64,000 bases of DNA from Octopus sinensis (lineage: Eukaryota), in NCBI RefSeq assembly GCF_006345805.1, contig NC_042998.1, forward strand, positions 163,184,001-163,248,000, read 5' to 3'. A program made the position numbers and the translations under genes. Each line of letters opens with the position of its first letter. Within the stretch, counting starts at the first letter, position 1. This document shows positions 1-12,282 of this stretch, piece by piece. The notes under the pieces are model-generated. The model did not search any database. It saw nothing but the letters and a program-made list of their open reading frames with translations, and was not told the origin of the DNA.

Positions 1-146
1 ATAAATAATTTTTCTTTTGCCCTTGCTTATAAGTTGTTTATAATTTTAACCTTTAAATGTATTTTAATATGTTGCCACTTTTGATGAAAGTTTTTTCTGA
101 AAAAAATTTATCCTATGTTAGTAGTATATATATATATATATACATA

Positions 147-542
147 TACTCTTTTACTTTTTTCAGTCATTTGACTGTCATCATGCTGGAGCCTTTTGTC
201 AAGCAAATCGACCACAGGACTTATTCTTTATAAGCCCAGTACTTATTCTATCAGTCTCTTTTGCTGAACTGCTAAATTACAGGGATGCAAACACACCAGC
301 ATTGGTTGTCAAGCAATATTGGGGGAAAAAACACAGACACACAAGATATACACTCACATACACGCATACATATATATACAACAGGCTTCTTTCAGTTTCT
401 GTCTACCAAATCCACTTACAAGGCTTTGGTCGGCCCGAGACTATAGTAGAAGACACTTACCCAAGTTGCCATGCAGAGGGACTGAACCCGGAACCATGTG
501 GTTGGTAAGTAAGCTACTTACCACACAGCTACTCCTGCACCT
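147..542 (-). mobile_element. tRNA-derived SINE family A (Octopus-type), full length
   Basis: Reverse complement of GG.GCAGGAGT.GCTGTGTGGTAAG...GGTTCCGGGTTCAGTCCC head (A/B boxes), central (CA/TA)n, tail ...CAGTCAAATGACTGAAA..AGTAAAAGAGTA. Confidence 0.9.
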
Positions 543-607
543 ATATATATTCTTTGTAAAACACATAAATCCGAAAGAAGAAGCACACTCTAAGATGTAG
601 AGCAATA

Positions 608-759
608 TATATTAAAAATAGGGAAGGCCAGTTTATGGGATTACCTTAGGTTTCCCGTCGATAAAGGGTTTAGCTTTGTGGTGTATTGTCATAAATCTAA
701 ACCCTTTATGAACAGGAAACCTAAGGTAATCCCATAAACTAGCCTTCCCCATTTTTAAT

Positions 760-762
<3 letters not shown>
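608..762. repeat. 66-bp-arm inverted repeat (hairpin), 23-nt loop
   Basis: 608-673 pairs with 697-762 without gaps, 61/66 matches. Confidence 0.95.
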
Positions 763-811
<49 letters not shown>

Positions 812-815
812 ATAT

Positions 816-1165
816 ATTACTTGTTTCAGTCATTGAAGAATTATAGTCAAATGAATTGACCCTAGTACTTATCATTTTTTTCTTTTAAGCTAATTTTATT
901 AGTCTCCTTTACTGAACTGCAAAGTGACATGGACGTTTACACACCAACTCCAGTTGTCAAGCAATGGTGGGGAACAAATAGAGATGCAAAGATACCCATC
1001 ACACACACACATATACAACAGGCTTCCTTCAGTTTCTGTCTGCCACATCTATACACAAGGCTTTGGTCAGCCCAAGGCTGTAGTAGAAGACATTTGCCCA
1101 AGCTACCATGCAGTGGAACTGCACCTGAATCCATGTGGTTGAAAAGCAAACTTCTTACCACATGA
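816..1165 (-). mobile_element. SINE family A, diverged
   Basis: Homologous to 147-542. Confidence 0.8.
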
Positions 1166-1489
1166 CCACACATCACATCTCCACACAGCTCTAAATTACT
1201 CCACATATTTTCATGCATAGCAAGAGACTCCAAATAGGAGGAATAAGTCCACAAAACTTGACAGGCACTTCTTCTTTACACTAACTGCACCAGAGAAAAT
1301 AGTTGCTTAGACATGTCTATGTGCAGTAATCTGCATGTTAACATTGCAGTGCATTGCACCGGCTATTTAGTTGCTTTTCATTAATAAACATTATCTGCAC
1401 GCTATGTAATGCAGCGTGCCAAGGATTTAGATACATTTACTTGATAGCAAAACAGGATTAGTTTTTGTCAAGACATGTGGCTTGTGGGG

Positions 1490-2112
1490 GGGGGGGGGTA
1501 GTGGTGGTGATGGTGGTATGGTGGCAGCAGCTTAGTAGTAGTAGTAGTAGTAGTCGTAGTAGTAGTCGTGGTGGTGGTGGTGGTGGTGGTGGTGCTGCTG
1601 CTGCTGCTGCTGTTGCTACTGGTCCTGGTAATAACAATTATTGTAGTAGTGGTTGTTGTTGTTGTTGTTGTGGTGGTGGTGGTAGTGGTGGTAGTAGTAG
1701 TAGTAGTAGTAATGGTTGTGGGAGAAGTAGGGTGGTGTTGGTGGCAGTGGTGGTGATGGTGGTAGTGGTTCTACTGCTAGCAATGGTTGTGGTTGTAATA
1801 ACAGTAGTTGTAGTAGTGAGCAAAGTAGTAGTAGTAGTGGTGGTGGTGGTTGTGGGCCCAGTAATGTGGTGGTGGTGGTGCTGGTGGTGCTGGTGGTGCT
1901 GGTGATCATCATTGTTGTGATCACAGTCGTGGTGGTCATAACTGTATTGGGAGATGAAGTGGTTCTGGAAGGGGATGAAAGTTGTGGTAATACTACAAGT
2001 ACTGTCACTTATAATTATTATATTAGTAACAGCAGTAGTGCTTGCAGTAGTAATAGTGGTGGTGGTAGTGGTGATGGTGGTAGTAGTGGTTGTGTTGGTG
2101 GTGATGGTGATG

Positions 2113-2158
<46 letters not shown>

Positions 2159-2240
2159 CAGCAGAAGTAGTAGTAGTGGCGGTGATGGTGGCAGTGGTGA
2201 TAGTGTTAGTAGTTGGTGATAGTAGTAGTAGTGCTTGGTA
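1490..2240. repeat. Compound (GGT/AGT/GCT/GTT)n trinucleotide low-complexity tract
   Basis: Direct inspection. Confidence 0.95.
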
Positions 2241-2449
2241 AAAACCGTAGTTACAATTCTAAAATAAACACATCATCATTTAAATGAAGAACGAGTCACA
2301 TTATATAAATCAACTGAGTGTTAGACTTAACCAGTCTCCTAGTTTAACAGCGCCACCTGGTCCACAAGTACTTACGTATACATGCACTGCAATGTGAACA
2401 TGGACAGATTACTACACATAGACATGTTTCTGTGTTTTGTTTTTTTATC

Positions 2450-2866
2450 TTTTATTTGTTTCCATCATTCAACTGCGGCCTTACAGAGGCACTGCCTTGA
2501 AGGATTTAAATTGAAGAAATCACCCCCAGTATTTTTTTTTTATTCTAAGTTTGGTACTTAATTTATTGGTATCTTTTGCCAAACTGATGAGTTATTGGAA
2601 ACATTAACAAACCTATAATAGTTGGCATGCAGTAATGGCAGACAAAAAACACATTCACACTAACACAAATACATTCACTAACACACATATACATGACTTG
2701 CTTCCTCACAGTTTCCATATATCATATTTACTTACGAGGCATAGGTCAACCCAGTGCTACAGTAGAAGACATATGTCCAAGGTGCTGTGCATTGGGACTT
2801 GAACCTGAAACCATGAACAATGTGGTGTCCATGTGAAGATTCTGAACCATACAACCATGCCTGCTA
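2450..2866 (-). mobile_element. SINE family A, diverged
   Basis: Homologous to 147-542. Confidence 0.75.
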
Positions 2867-2959
2867 AGTAAGTATATTAAAAAACTCCGATGCAGTTAGT
2901 GAAGAGAGGAACTTCAGGTGCATTTCAATTTTTTATGGACTATTTCTTCCTTTTTAGAG

Positions 2960-3425
2960 TTTGTATAGATTAAGATATTTACAGAGATGTGTAGAATAAT
3001 GTAGAGATATGTAGAGTTTTGTTGAGCCATGTAGAAATATGTAGAGTTGTATAATGATGTGTATAGTCATGTAGTAATGTGTAGAGGTATGTAGAGATGT
3101 ATAAATTTGTGTTTACTTGTGTGGAAATGAGGAGAAATGTGTATACTATGTAGAGTTGTGACGATATTTGTACAGTTGTGTAGAGACCTGTGGAGACGCA
3201 TAGGTATCTGTAGACATTTTAGGAGATGTGTAGACATATGTAGAGATCAGTATAGTTGTACAGAGATATGTAGAGCTGTATAAAGCTATATAGATATGCA
3301 TAGATTTGTGGTGAGCTATGTAGTGACATGTGAAGCTGGGAGGGCTGGAGTGAAGTTATGAGTTGTGTAAATTTTTGTTGAGATAATATCTGTAGAGATG
3401 TCTGGATGTTTATAGTTCAGATAAA
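2960..3425. repeat. Degenerate 10-bp minisatellite (consensus about TGTAGAGATA)
   Basis: GTAGA recurs at about 10-bp spacing. Confidence 0.8.
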
Positions 3426-4244
3426 ATTGTGTAGATTTCTACAGCAATGTATAATAGTGGAATGTAGAACTGTTGCAGTCATTCCGTGCAAATCTCTAGT
3501 TTTAAAAAGCTTTCTCTCTCCTTCTTTGCTTTCAATGATTCTGCTCCTTCTTTCTCTCCCCAAACAGTGAAAAAAAAAATGTAGCTGTGTACTATACTAG
3601 AAATCCACAATTTTTTTCATTGTTGTTCAGAAGGCCAGTGGTCTGAGACATGAGAAATAGTATAAGTGGTTGTTTATTCTATTACAGTGGTATGAAAGCC
3701 AAAGAATATCTGGCACATTAGTGTTAAGGGGCAGCTAGAATTGTATAGGAGTAGCTTATAGGATAATTGGGTGGCACAAGCGGTTCCAATTGTCAGTCAC
3801 TTGTTATTTGGATTTCTCAAATGCACCAATGTAGAACTGGACAAGCCCCATTGGATCAGCTATTCCATATTTAGTGCCTTTATTAGTTTATCCAATACAG
3901 ATACTGTAAGTTGTCCATAATTTGAGTAGTTAGCTCAACACAGAATTAAAGATTTTGACAAAGGTTTCTACCAAGATTTCGGTGCTATCATCGGGTAGTA
4001 CAGAGGAAAACACATAAAGTTGTAGCATCCTCAGTATATTTATGCATGATAACCCCTGCTTTATGTGATACATCATAGAGTGGGTCATCACTAGTGCTAT
4101 TTTTGGTGGAGGATCTATCTACCCAGCTGGACAATCTGGTCAGCAGAAAGTCATCCCTCACCTTCTATTGAGGTTTAGAGGAGAACATAAGCAATGATGG
4201 CTTTGGGATGATGCTATGCATCACCAAGGACTTCTTGTGTCTTG

Positions 4245-4645
4245 GTTTATCTTTTTCCTGTTTCAGTCATTAGACTGTGACCATGCTGGGGCACCGCCTT
4301 TAAAATTTTTTAGTACTTGCTTTTTCAAGACTCATACTTACTCTTTCAGTCTCTTTGCTGAACTGCTGAGTTACAGGGACATAAACAAACCAACACTGGT
4401 TGTAAAACGGTGATGGGGACAAATGTAGACACAAAGACTGAAACACACACACACATACATATATATGATGGGCTTCTTTTAGTTTCCGTTCACTCACAAG
4501 ACTTTGGTCGACCCAAGTCTGTAGTAGAATTCGCTTGCCCAAGGTGCCATGCAGTGGGACTGAACCTAGAACCATGTGGTTGGGAACTTCTTACCATACA
4601 GCAATGCCTGTGCCTAGCAAGCTTCTTACCACACAGTCACGCCTG
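4245..4645 (-). mobile_element. SINE family A with duplicated head end
   Basis: Homologous to 147-542; CTTCTTACCA head segment occurs twice (about 4587 and 4622). Confidence 0.8.
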
Positions 4646-5189
4646 TGTCTATGGACAGTTCCAAAAGCCTTTGGCTTGGTAATGACACAAGCAAGGCAGG
4701 AGAGCTTTTAGTGCTCAGGAAAAACTCTACAAGCTTGGTCATGTTAAAACCATCAACAACCAAACCTATTAGAGATGCATACAGGGCAACAAAAACCATC
4801 TGACATGTACTCATTCAGTGTTAAAGACTTACTGATTTTATAAGGTTTTGTTGAACAACTGTGATTACATGGGAGACAGGTTTTGCTACCAGTCAAGACT
4901 ATTGTGAAGATCACCCAACCACTTTCTTCGACACACTGATCTTCTTTTGCCTCGTACCTATGGTGAAAGAAGTCAAGAGGTGGACGAGGCTGAAAGGTTT
5001 AAGAATTGAGGTTTTCCTCTTTGGTGAAATCCTCGTTAACTTCTTGAATAATGGTAGTGGTGGGCATTCTTCTTCTTCTTCTTAATCCTTTTTACCCCTT
5101 GGGGAGCATAGGGCCTCAACAGTTGTTTTCCCCTTTTTGCAGTCATTGGCTGCTTCCCATGTCAGGCCGGTGGTCCTGAGCTCATCCAA

Positions 5190-5315
5190 ATGTGTGTTCA
5201 CATGGTTCTAGGTTCAGTCCCACTGCATGGCACCTTGGGCAAGTGAATTCTACTATAGACTCGGGTCGACCAAAGCCTTGTGAGTGGAGGGAAACTAAAA
5301 GAGACTGAAAGAATA
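5190..5315 (+). mobile_element. SINE family A head fragment
   Basis: CACATGGTTCTAGGTTCAGTCCCACTGCATGGCACCTTGGGCAAG. Confidence 0.75.
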
Positions 5316-5653
5316 AATATGAGTGGTGGGCATAGTGATAGTAATTGTGATAATAGCAATAAGGATGGAAGTAGTAAGGATGAAGGTAGTGAGGGTGGTG
5401 GTGATAGTGGCTATGTTACTTTTGCTTTTGTAGTAGTAGTAGTAGTGGTGGTGGTGGTGGTGGTGGCGGCAGCGGCAGCGGCAGTGGCGGCAGTGGCGAC
5501 AGCAGCAGTAGTAGTAGTAGTAGTTGTAGTCATCTAAACACTTGTGGTTGCTGTCACTGTGGCTATCCTTCATCAGACATACCTATGTACAAAAGTTCAC
5601 CAACTGTGACTTCATTGCCATTTTTTTCTCTTCAGATATATTTCAAACTACAA

Positions 5654-6183
5654 GTTCATGTGTCACATAGCTAGCTAGAGGCGATGGCCTCTTGGAGCTA
5701 ATCAACGGCAGCATTCATCCTATATTTATGGACTGCCATATTAGCTTGGTGATAACTATTAATATCCAGTACCGCTGCCGTAGTCTTCTTTAGAGAGACT
5801 TAGAAATAATAATATTTCTATTTTTGAAAACCAGTGGTTGTATTTCACTGAATTTAGGTAAATAATCCTTCAAACAGACAGTCAGTAGCAATGCCTGCTG
5901 GGTTCAGCTGCTCTGCATTGATAAAGGGCAAATACCCTGAAACTAGTCTGCAGATGCCTGACCAGCAAGGGGAAGCTGCTGACCTCCCCTGTTCGAAGGT
6001 TATAATGGACACAGGTTCGTGTGTTACATAGCTAGCTAGAGGCGATGGCCTCTTGGAGCTAATCAACGGCAGCATTCATCCTATATTTCTGGACTGCCAT
6101 ATTAGCTTGTCGGTAACTATTGATATCCAGTACAACTGCCATAGTCTCCTTTAGCGAGACTTAGAAATGATAATATTTCTATT
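5654..6183. repeat. About 169-bp direct repeat x2 (5654-5822, 6015-6183) with a unique spacer
   Basis: Direct comparison; long identical core CATAGCTAGCTAGAGGCGATGGCCTCTTGGAGCTAATCAACGGCAGCATTCATCCTATATTT. Confidence 0.95.
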
Positions 6184-6713
6184 ACATTATCAAACGTTCT
6201 CTTTTAAAAGTTTTAGAGTGTACTAATCTTAGAAGGAGTATTTGGCTACTATTTCTATGAAGCAGGTTGCATGAATGTCATTGATTCATTTCGTTGTTGT
6301 TGCTGCATTGTCATTATTGTGCATTTGGAAAATGATTATATATTTGTGTGTGTGTGTGTGTGTGTGGTGTGTGTGTGTGTGTGGTGTGTGTTTGTGTGTG
6401 TGTATGTGTGTGTGTGTGTGTATGTGTGTGTGTGTGTGTGTGTGTAGGTATTTGTATCTAACACATTTGTCTCCCCTTTACTCATCTTACCCATCATCTC
6501 TGTAATATCTTTTGGCAGAGGCTTATAGCAGAGAATGATCATGGATGACTGGGCCATTCTCAAGCCATTACCACAAAAGATACACTTTATATGAACAGAT
6601 ATATTCTGCCTAGATGCTTACTTACCAACTTACCTACCTACCTATCTACCAACTTACCTTGCTATCTATCAATTTTTAATTTGTATTTATGTATGCCTAT
6701 CTAGCTATCTCTC

Positions 6714-6759
<46 letters not shown>

Positions 6760-7331
6760 ATTGTGCCTGTATGTCATTTTGATTAGCATATTCCACACCA
6801 TATTATATACACAACAATACAAAATACTATATATAATCCATTGTATACATACACATGAATGCACATACATACCAGACATATGTAAAGATTTATGCATATA
6901 TATGTATGTATGTATGTATATATATACATACACACACATACAGTCACATGCAAGTAGAAAGATATATTGGCATGCAACTACAGACCTACACAAAAATACA
7001 TTTGCATGTAAAACTAGACCATTAAGTACATACATGCACACACACAAATACACATATGCCTAAACACACACAGATGTGTATATATATATATACACTGATA
7101 CATACATACATATATATATATATAATTTAAAACAGTTTGATGTGGCTTCATACAAGTTTTGTAGGCCATCGCTTTCTGGCTTAGATTACCAAATTTATGC
7201 CTGACAGAGATGGGCTTTTGCTAGAGGCCTGCAAAACTTTAAGGCACATGGAACCGTATCAAATTGTTTTAAATAATAAATGTAACTCTTACTATATGTG
7301 TTCAGTGCCTTTTTCTTCATTTGTCCATTTA

Positions 7332-7385
<54 letters not shown>

Positions 7386-7704
7386 CAAGTTCATGTTTTC
7401 ACATGAAGCCTCAATAAAAATAATCTAGAATGAATGAAATGTGGAGCCAGTTTAATATTCATAGTGTGATCGTTGTAAGAGTATGTAGAATTCAGGTTAA
7501 GATAATTTTAAAATCAGTGCAATATATCTAAAGTGAACCAATAACATAAATGGTAATGAACGGAGCGCAAAAATTAAACAAAAATAATGGAAGGAGCTTT
7601 TTTGAGGGGTGATAATGGTATACTGGATGAATAACATAGGATGTGAAGATGTATGCATAGAAAAGGCAATAGGGAGCTCAATTATTTTTGGGGGAAATGA
7701 TGTC

Positions 7705-7996
7705 ACATGGCTTAGTGACTTGGAGTATTCAGTTGTTGATCATAAGTTTGGGTGTTCGATTCCTAGTGGCAGGTTGTATCCTTGAGCAAGAGCCTTTATT
7801 TCACATTGCCCTAGTTCACTCAGCTGGTAAAAGTGAGCTGCACTTGTAGTTCCAAGGGCCAGCCTCATCACATTCTGTGTCAGGCTGAATCTTCCTGAGA
7901 TTCATTAAGAGTATGCATGTCTGTGGAGATCTCAGCTACTTTCACGTTAATTTCATGAGCAGGCTGGTCTGTTGATCAGGTGAATTGGAACCCCTG
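7705..7996 (+). mobile_element. tRNA-derived SINE, third family (conserved-domain type)
   Basis: GGCTTAGTG A-box, GGTGTTCGATTCC B-box, then TCCTTGAGCAAG...TTTCACATTGC..CAGTTCACTCAGCTG. Confidence 0.7.
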
Positions 7997-8771
7997 TCAT
8001 CGTAACTTATAAAGTATTAGTTTTTACTGAGAAAGATAATAAGTTCTAAGGATATTTTGTTTAAATGATGAAATCAGTTCAGTTTTGTGGTTAAGTTTAT
8101 TTTAGAGAAGAAAATGATTCTGAGATACATAGTTTACATGGTTTGTTAACGACATGGTAAGACCAGATCAATGCAAATATATTCCAGTTAATATAGTGGA
8201 GAATATTTCTAGTCTTAAATTGCTAGCGTAATGAAGAATCATATTTCTAATCAAGTTACAACATATATGGATGTGTTAAACCTATATAAAATGCAGCAAT
8301 GGATTAGGTTACTAGCAAGGTATTTTCTGTTTAAAAGATATGTAATAGATTGCTGTACTTACAATTTGTATCTGTTACTTTCCCTGTTTAGTTTTTTTTT
8401 TTAATTTTTAGAATTAGTTATATTCTATGCGAAGTTATTAGTTATATTTTTACATTTTGTTTATTAACTTATTGTAACATTTACGGTAAAGAGAAAAGTG
8501 TATATATTTTGGTAGGATTTTGAGAAAAGGAGTGGCTACTGGTGTGAAAATGTATATGTTGAAAGGTGGATTAAATAAAACAATTTGCTTAACTTTTACC
8601 TCTAGTATGTGTGTGTGTATGTGTTTATGTGTGTATATGTCTGTGTGTATGTATATATACATATATATACACACACACATACACACACACATACACACAC
8701 ACAGATAGATAGATAGATCTATGGATAGGATAGATATATGGATAGATAGATAGATAGATAGATAGATAGAC

Positions 8772-8806
<35 letters not shown>

Positions 8807-8822
8807 CAGATAGATAGATAGG

Positions 8823-8899
<77 letters not shown>

Positions 8900-9338
8900 G
8901 CAGGATAATTCCCACCAAACTTAAACTGCAATAGCAGCAATTCATTGGGCTGTGGATCAGTTATATAGCTCTTGGGCTTACTCTGTCTTCAAGAAAATGC
9001 TGACTACATCCACAAATATATAATCAGACAAGCAAACATACAATCATATATAAACCAGAAAATGTGGGTTAACAAATATAAAAGAACAATAAAAGAGAGA
9101 AAGAAACAGAACCATGCAGAAAAAATTGATAAATAGATAAAATCTCCACATGCAAACATTACATAAAAATAAGATCGGAAAAATCTTTCTCTCCTAATCT
9201 GCTTCATTTTTATCATATATTTTTATAACTATTAAATCTCAGTTTTTTTTCTATTATATTTTTATCTTTCTTCTTGTCTACGATTAAAGCACACTTCATT
9301 TATTATTTCAATTGATATATATATGTGTGTGTGTGTGT

Positions 9339-9378
<40 letters not shown>

Positions 9379-9393
9379 ATGTATATATGTAAT

Positions 9394-9440
<47 letters not shown>

Positions 9441-10199
9441 CAATAGACAGATAAATAGATAGACAGATAGATAGATGCATACATACATAGACAGAGAGTG
9501 ATGCATGCATACATACAGACAGACAGAGAGAAAGAGAGATTTAATCCCATTCATTATAGACCTATTTTTTCTTTTTTATTTGATATAAGAAAAATATAAT
9601 TGGAATATAAATTTGCAAACCATCTCTGTAATATTCTCCACTTATCGGACTTGTGGAACCAATCACCAATGTTGCCATCATCATTGTCGTTGTAGTTGCC
9701 ATAAAAAAATGCCTGTAACAGAAGATTTAAACTTTTCCAAACACAAGCAGCAAACTTTAGTGACAAAGGCTTGCAACAGTTTAAACTTTACTAACATTGT
9801 AAACCAGAAAGAAACTATGCACATGAATGCACTGCAAGAAAAGTAAATGTGTCAAAGGAAGATGATTGTCACAAAAGATAGTACATCCTTGCCCAGAGAA
9901 TTGCCTCAGGAAATTACAAGGAGCAAAACGAGAACATCCTGACCAATGTATGGTAACATTTGCCTCCTAGGTAGAGCATTACATATGAAAATGTGTGTAC
10001 AGTCTTTAAGACAAAAAAGAGATAATTGCCAGCAGTATACAGAAACCAAAACACGAATGTTATGGCCAGGGACATTGGTTCTGGTGAAAATATTGACTTT
10101 TGGCTCTTTGTTACCTTTACAGCACAGTCAAGTACGGTCGTGAAAATATATGTAGCATGCAACAATATGGTATCGGATGGGGAGTTTGCATGTGCTTGC

Positions 10200-10345
10200 A
10201 GACCTTATTATAGTATTTTCATTTGTGAGGACAGTCGAGTTGATCTCAGATATTCTCATTTTAAAAATCATCTCTGGCTTACCTTTGAGAGGACATTGCT
10301 GTTGCCTTGGTGGAGGTTTGTGCTCTCTGAGTGCTCTTGTTATTA
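10200..10345 (+). mobile_element. 3' fragment of the same HINE-like family
   Basis: Aligns by eye to 31455-31590 (CAGTCGAG...GATATTCTCATTTTAAAA...GAGAGGACATTG...GCCTTGG.GGAGGTTTG..CTCTCTGAGTGCT). Confidence 0.6.
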
Positions 10346-10643
10346 TTATTTCTCTTTATCACAGGTTTTGTTGGAACTCCTGGAGTCTTACATGTGTAGT
10401 AGGCTTGCTACCTGCAGCCTACAGTACCATGTTATCCATTCTTTTTAGCTATCAAATACTTTCCTGATTATTCTGGCTATACCAAGGAGGCAAACCTTTT
10501 GTGACAGTTCTACTGAAAACTCTATTCCAGTTTCCTTTATATTCCCCTTGATGCCTTCTGATACTGTTCCCAAGGGCCCAGCAATTATCATCATCATCAT
10601 CATCGTCATCGTCATCATCATCATCATCAACATCATCATGATT

Positions 10644-10690
<47 letters not shown>

Positions 10691-10701
10691 TATTATTATT
10701 A

Positions 10702-10915
10702 AGGCTGCAAGCTGGCAGAAACATTAGCATACCAGGCAAGATGCTTAGCAGCATTTAATTCATCTTTATGTTCTGAGTTTAAATTCAGCCAGGATCAACT
10801 TTGCCTTTCATCCTTTCGGGGGTGATGTATTAAGTACCAGTAAAAAACTGGAGTCAATATAATTGACTGGTCCCCTTCCACAAAATGTCGGGCCTTGCAC
10901 CTTTAGTAGAAAGGA
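10702..10915 (+). mobile_element. SINE family B (tRNA-like head; CTTTCATCCTTTCGGGG...AAGTACCAG body; trinucleotide tail)
   Basis: GGCTGCAAGCTGGCAGAAAC head, GTTCTGAGTTTAAATTC B-box-like, flanked by (ATC/ATT)n and (CTT)n(ATT)n. Confidence 0.8.
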
Positions 10916-10976
10916 TTCTTCTTCTTCTTCTTCTTCTTCTTCTTCTTCTTCTTCTTCTTCTGATTATCATTTTTAA

Positions 10977-11015
<39 letters not shown>

Positions 11016-11036
11016 TACTACTACTACTACTACTAC

Positions 11037-11074
<38 letters not shown>

Positions 11075-11557
11075 TATTATTATTATAAGAAAATACATGA
11101 TTAATATTATTGCTTATTACTGTTAATGTTGTCGTTACTATCATCTGACATCTAAATAAAGACTTCTTACTTGAATCTTAGGATATATTTATTAAAATGG
11201 ATAAATATAAAATATATATCAAATAAAATTCTCCCACCATTTCAGATAAAGTTCACTTTGAGATTAGAAGTAAGTAAGAAAAAAAAATGGTAATCTGTAG
11301 AAAAACACAATCTATGGAAGTTAACAGATCTGTGTTACTTCATGCAATAAATTATTTTATGTCACTTTGAAAGTGATAAGATGTTGATATGTGTTTGCTG
11401 TTCCTTCAGTAAGATAAATGCTCTTCAGCTAGATGACTAAACAGAACTAAACAAAAGATTTAAGCTAGACTTTACAAGATAATGCTAAGTCGTTATAAAT
11501 CCTTCCTAAACTATATGGTCACACACTCACTGGTACACACATATAAACACAGTCACT

Positions 11558-11607
<50 letters not shown>

Positions 11608-12282
11608 CATTTATATCTATATACATATTTTTATGTATGCATGTGTGTATGTGTGTGTGTGTGTGTGTTTATACAAACACATGTTTACAGGAGATGTTGG
11701 TTCAATTCCCATGAAGCCTCAGACTTTTTCTCTTCAAATAACTTTTTAATCCGATATTTATATGCTATTATTTACAGTTATATACATTTTGGTATTTGTC
11801 TTTTCTTTTCTTTTCTTTTTTTCTTTTTTTTCTTTTGAAAAAGGAAAGGAAGTCAACTCACTGAAGATTTGATCAAAAATCTTGATCAAATCTCCTACAA
11901 GTTAACTTAGGATCTTTTGATGACAATGTAACTTTCATTTAACTAAGGTATCTTCGGCCTGATGAGTAGCTAGTGGAGTACCCTTCATTGAGTAATTATT
12001 ACTTCTGAGATTCTGCTAGCTAAGAAACATATGTAACCTGGATTTTACCTGCTCCATTCCCTCTATTTCAATTTTTATATAAACTGTGATATATAAACAA
12101 GTGAAATGGCAAATAAATCACCTGAATAGACACATCAGCACCTGTGATGCACTACAAATATTTGTACAGTATCTCATTTGCAAGGTACCAGTGTATGATG
12201 GATTGAAAAAATCACCATGAAAGTAATTTCCATTTTCATTTTCTCATGTCTTTACATATATGCGTGTATGTGTGTGTGTATA

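Noticed and set aside
1465-2241. Gly/Ser/Val-rich ORFs
   Set aside because: Trinucleotide repeat read-through in several frames.
2583-2605. CTGATGA...GAAAC on plus
   Set aside because: Coincidental product of SINE A divergence; no stem II.
9600-10170. Coding-like block (e.g. minus GEYYRDGL, AFFYGNYND)
   Set aside because: No sustained frame; more likely decayed TE sequence; family not assignable.
11960-12008. C-box TGATGA with D-box CTGA (C/D snoRNA-like)
   Set aside because: Only about 50 nt, no terminal stem, no recognisable guide.
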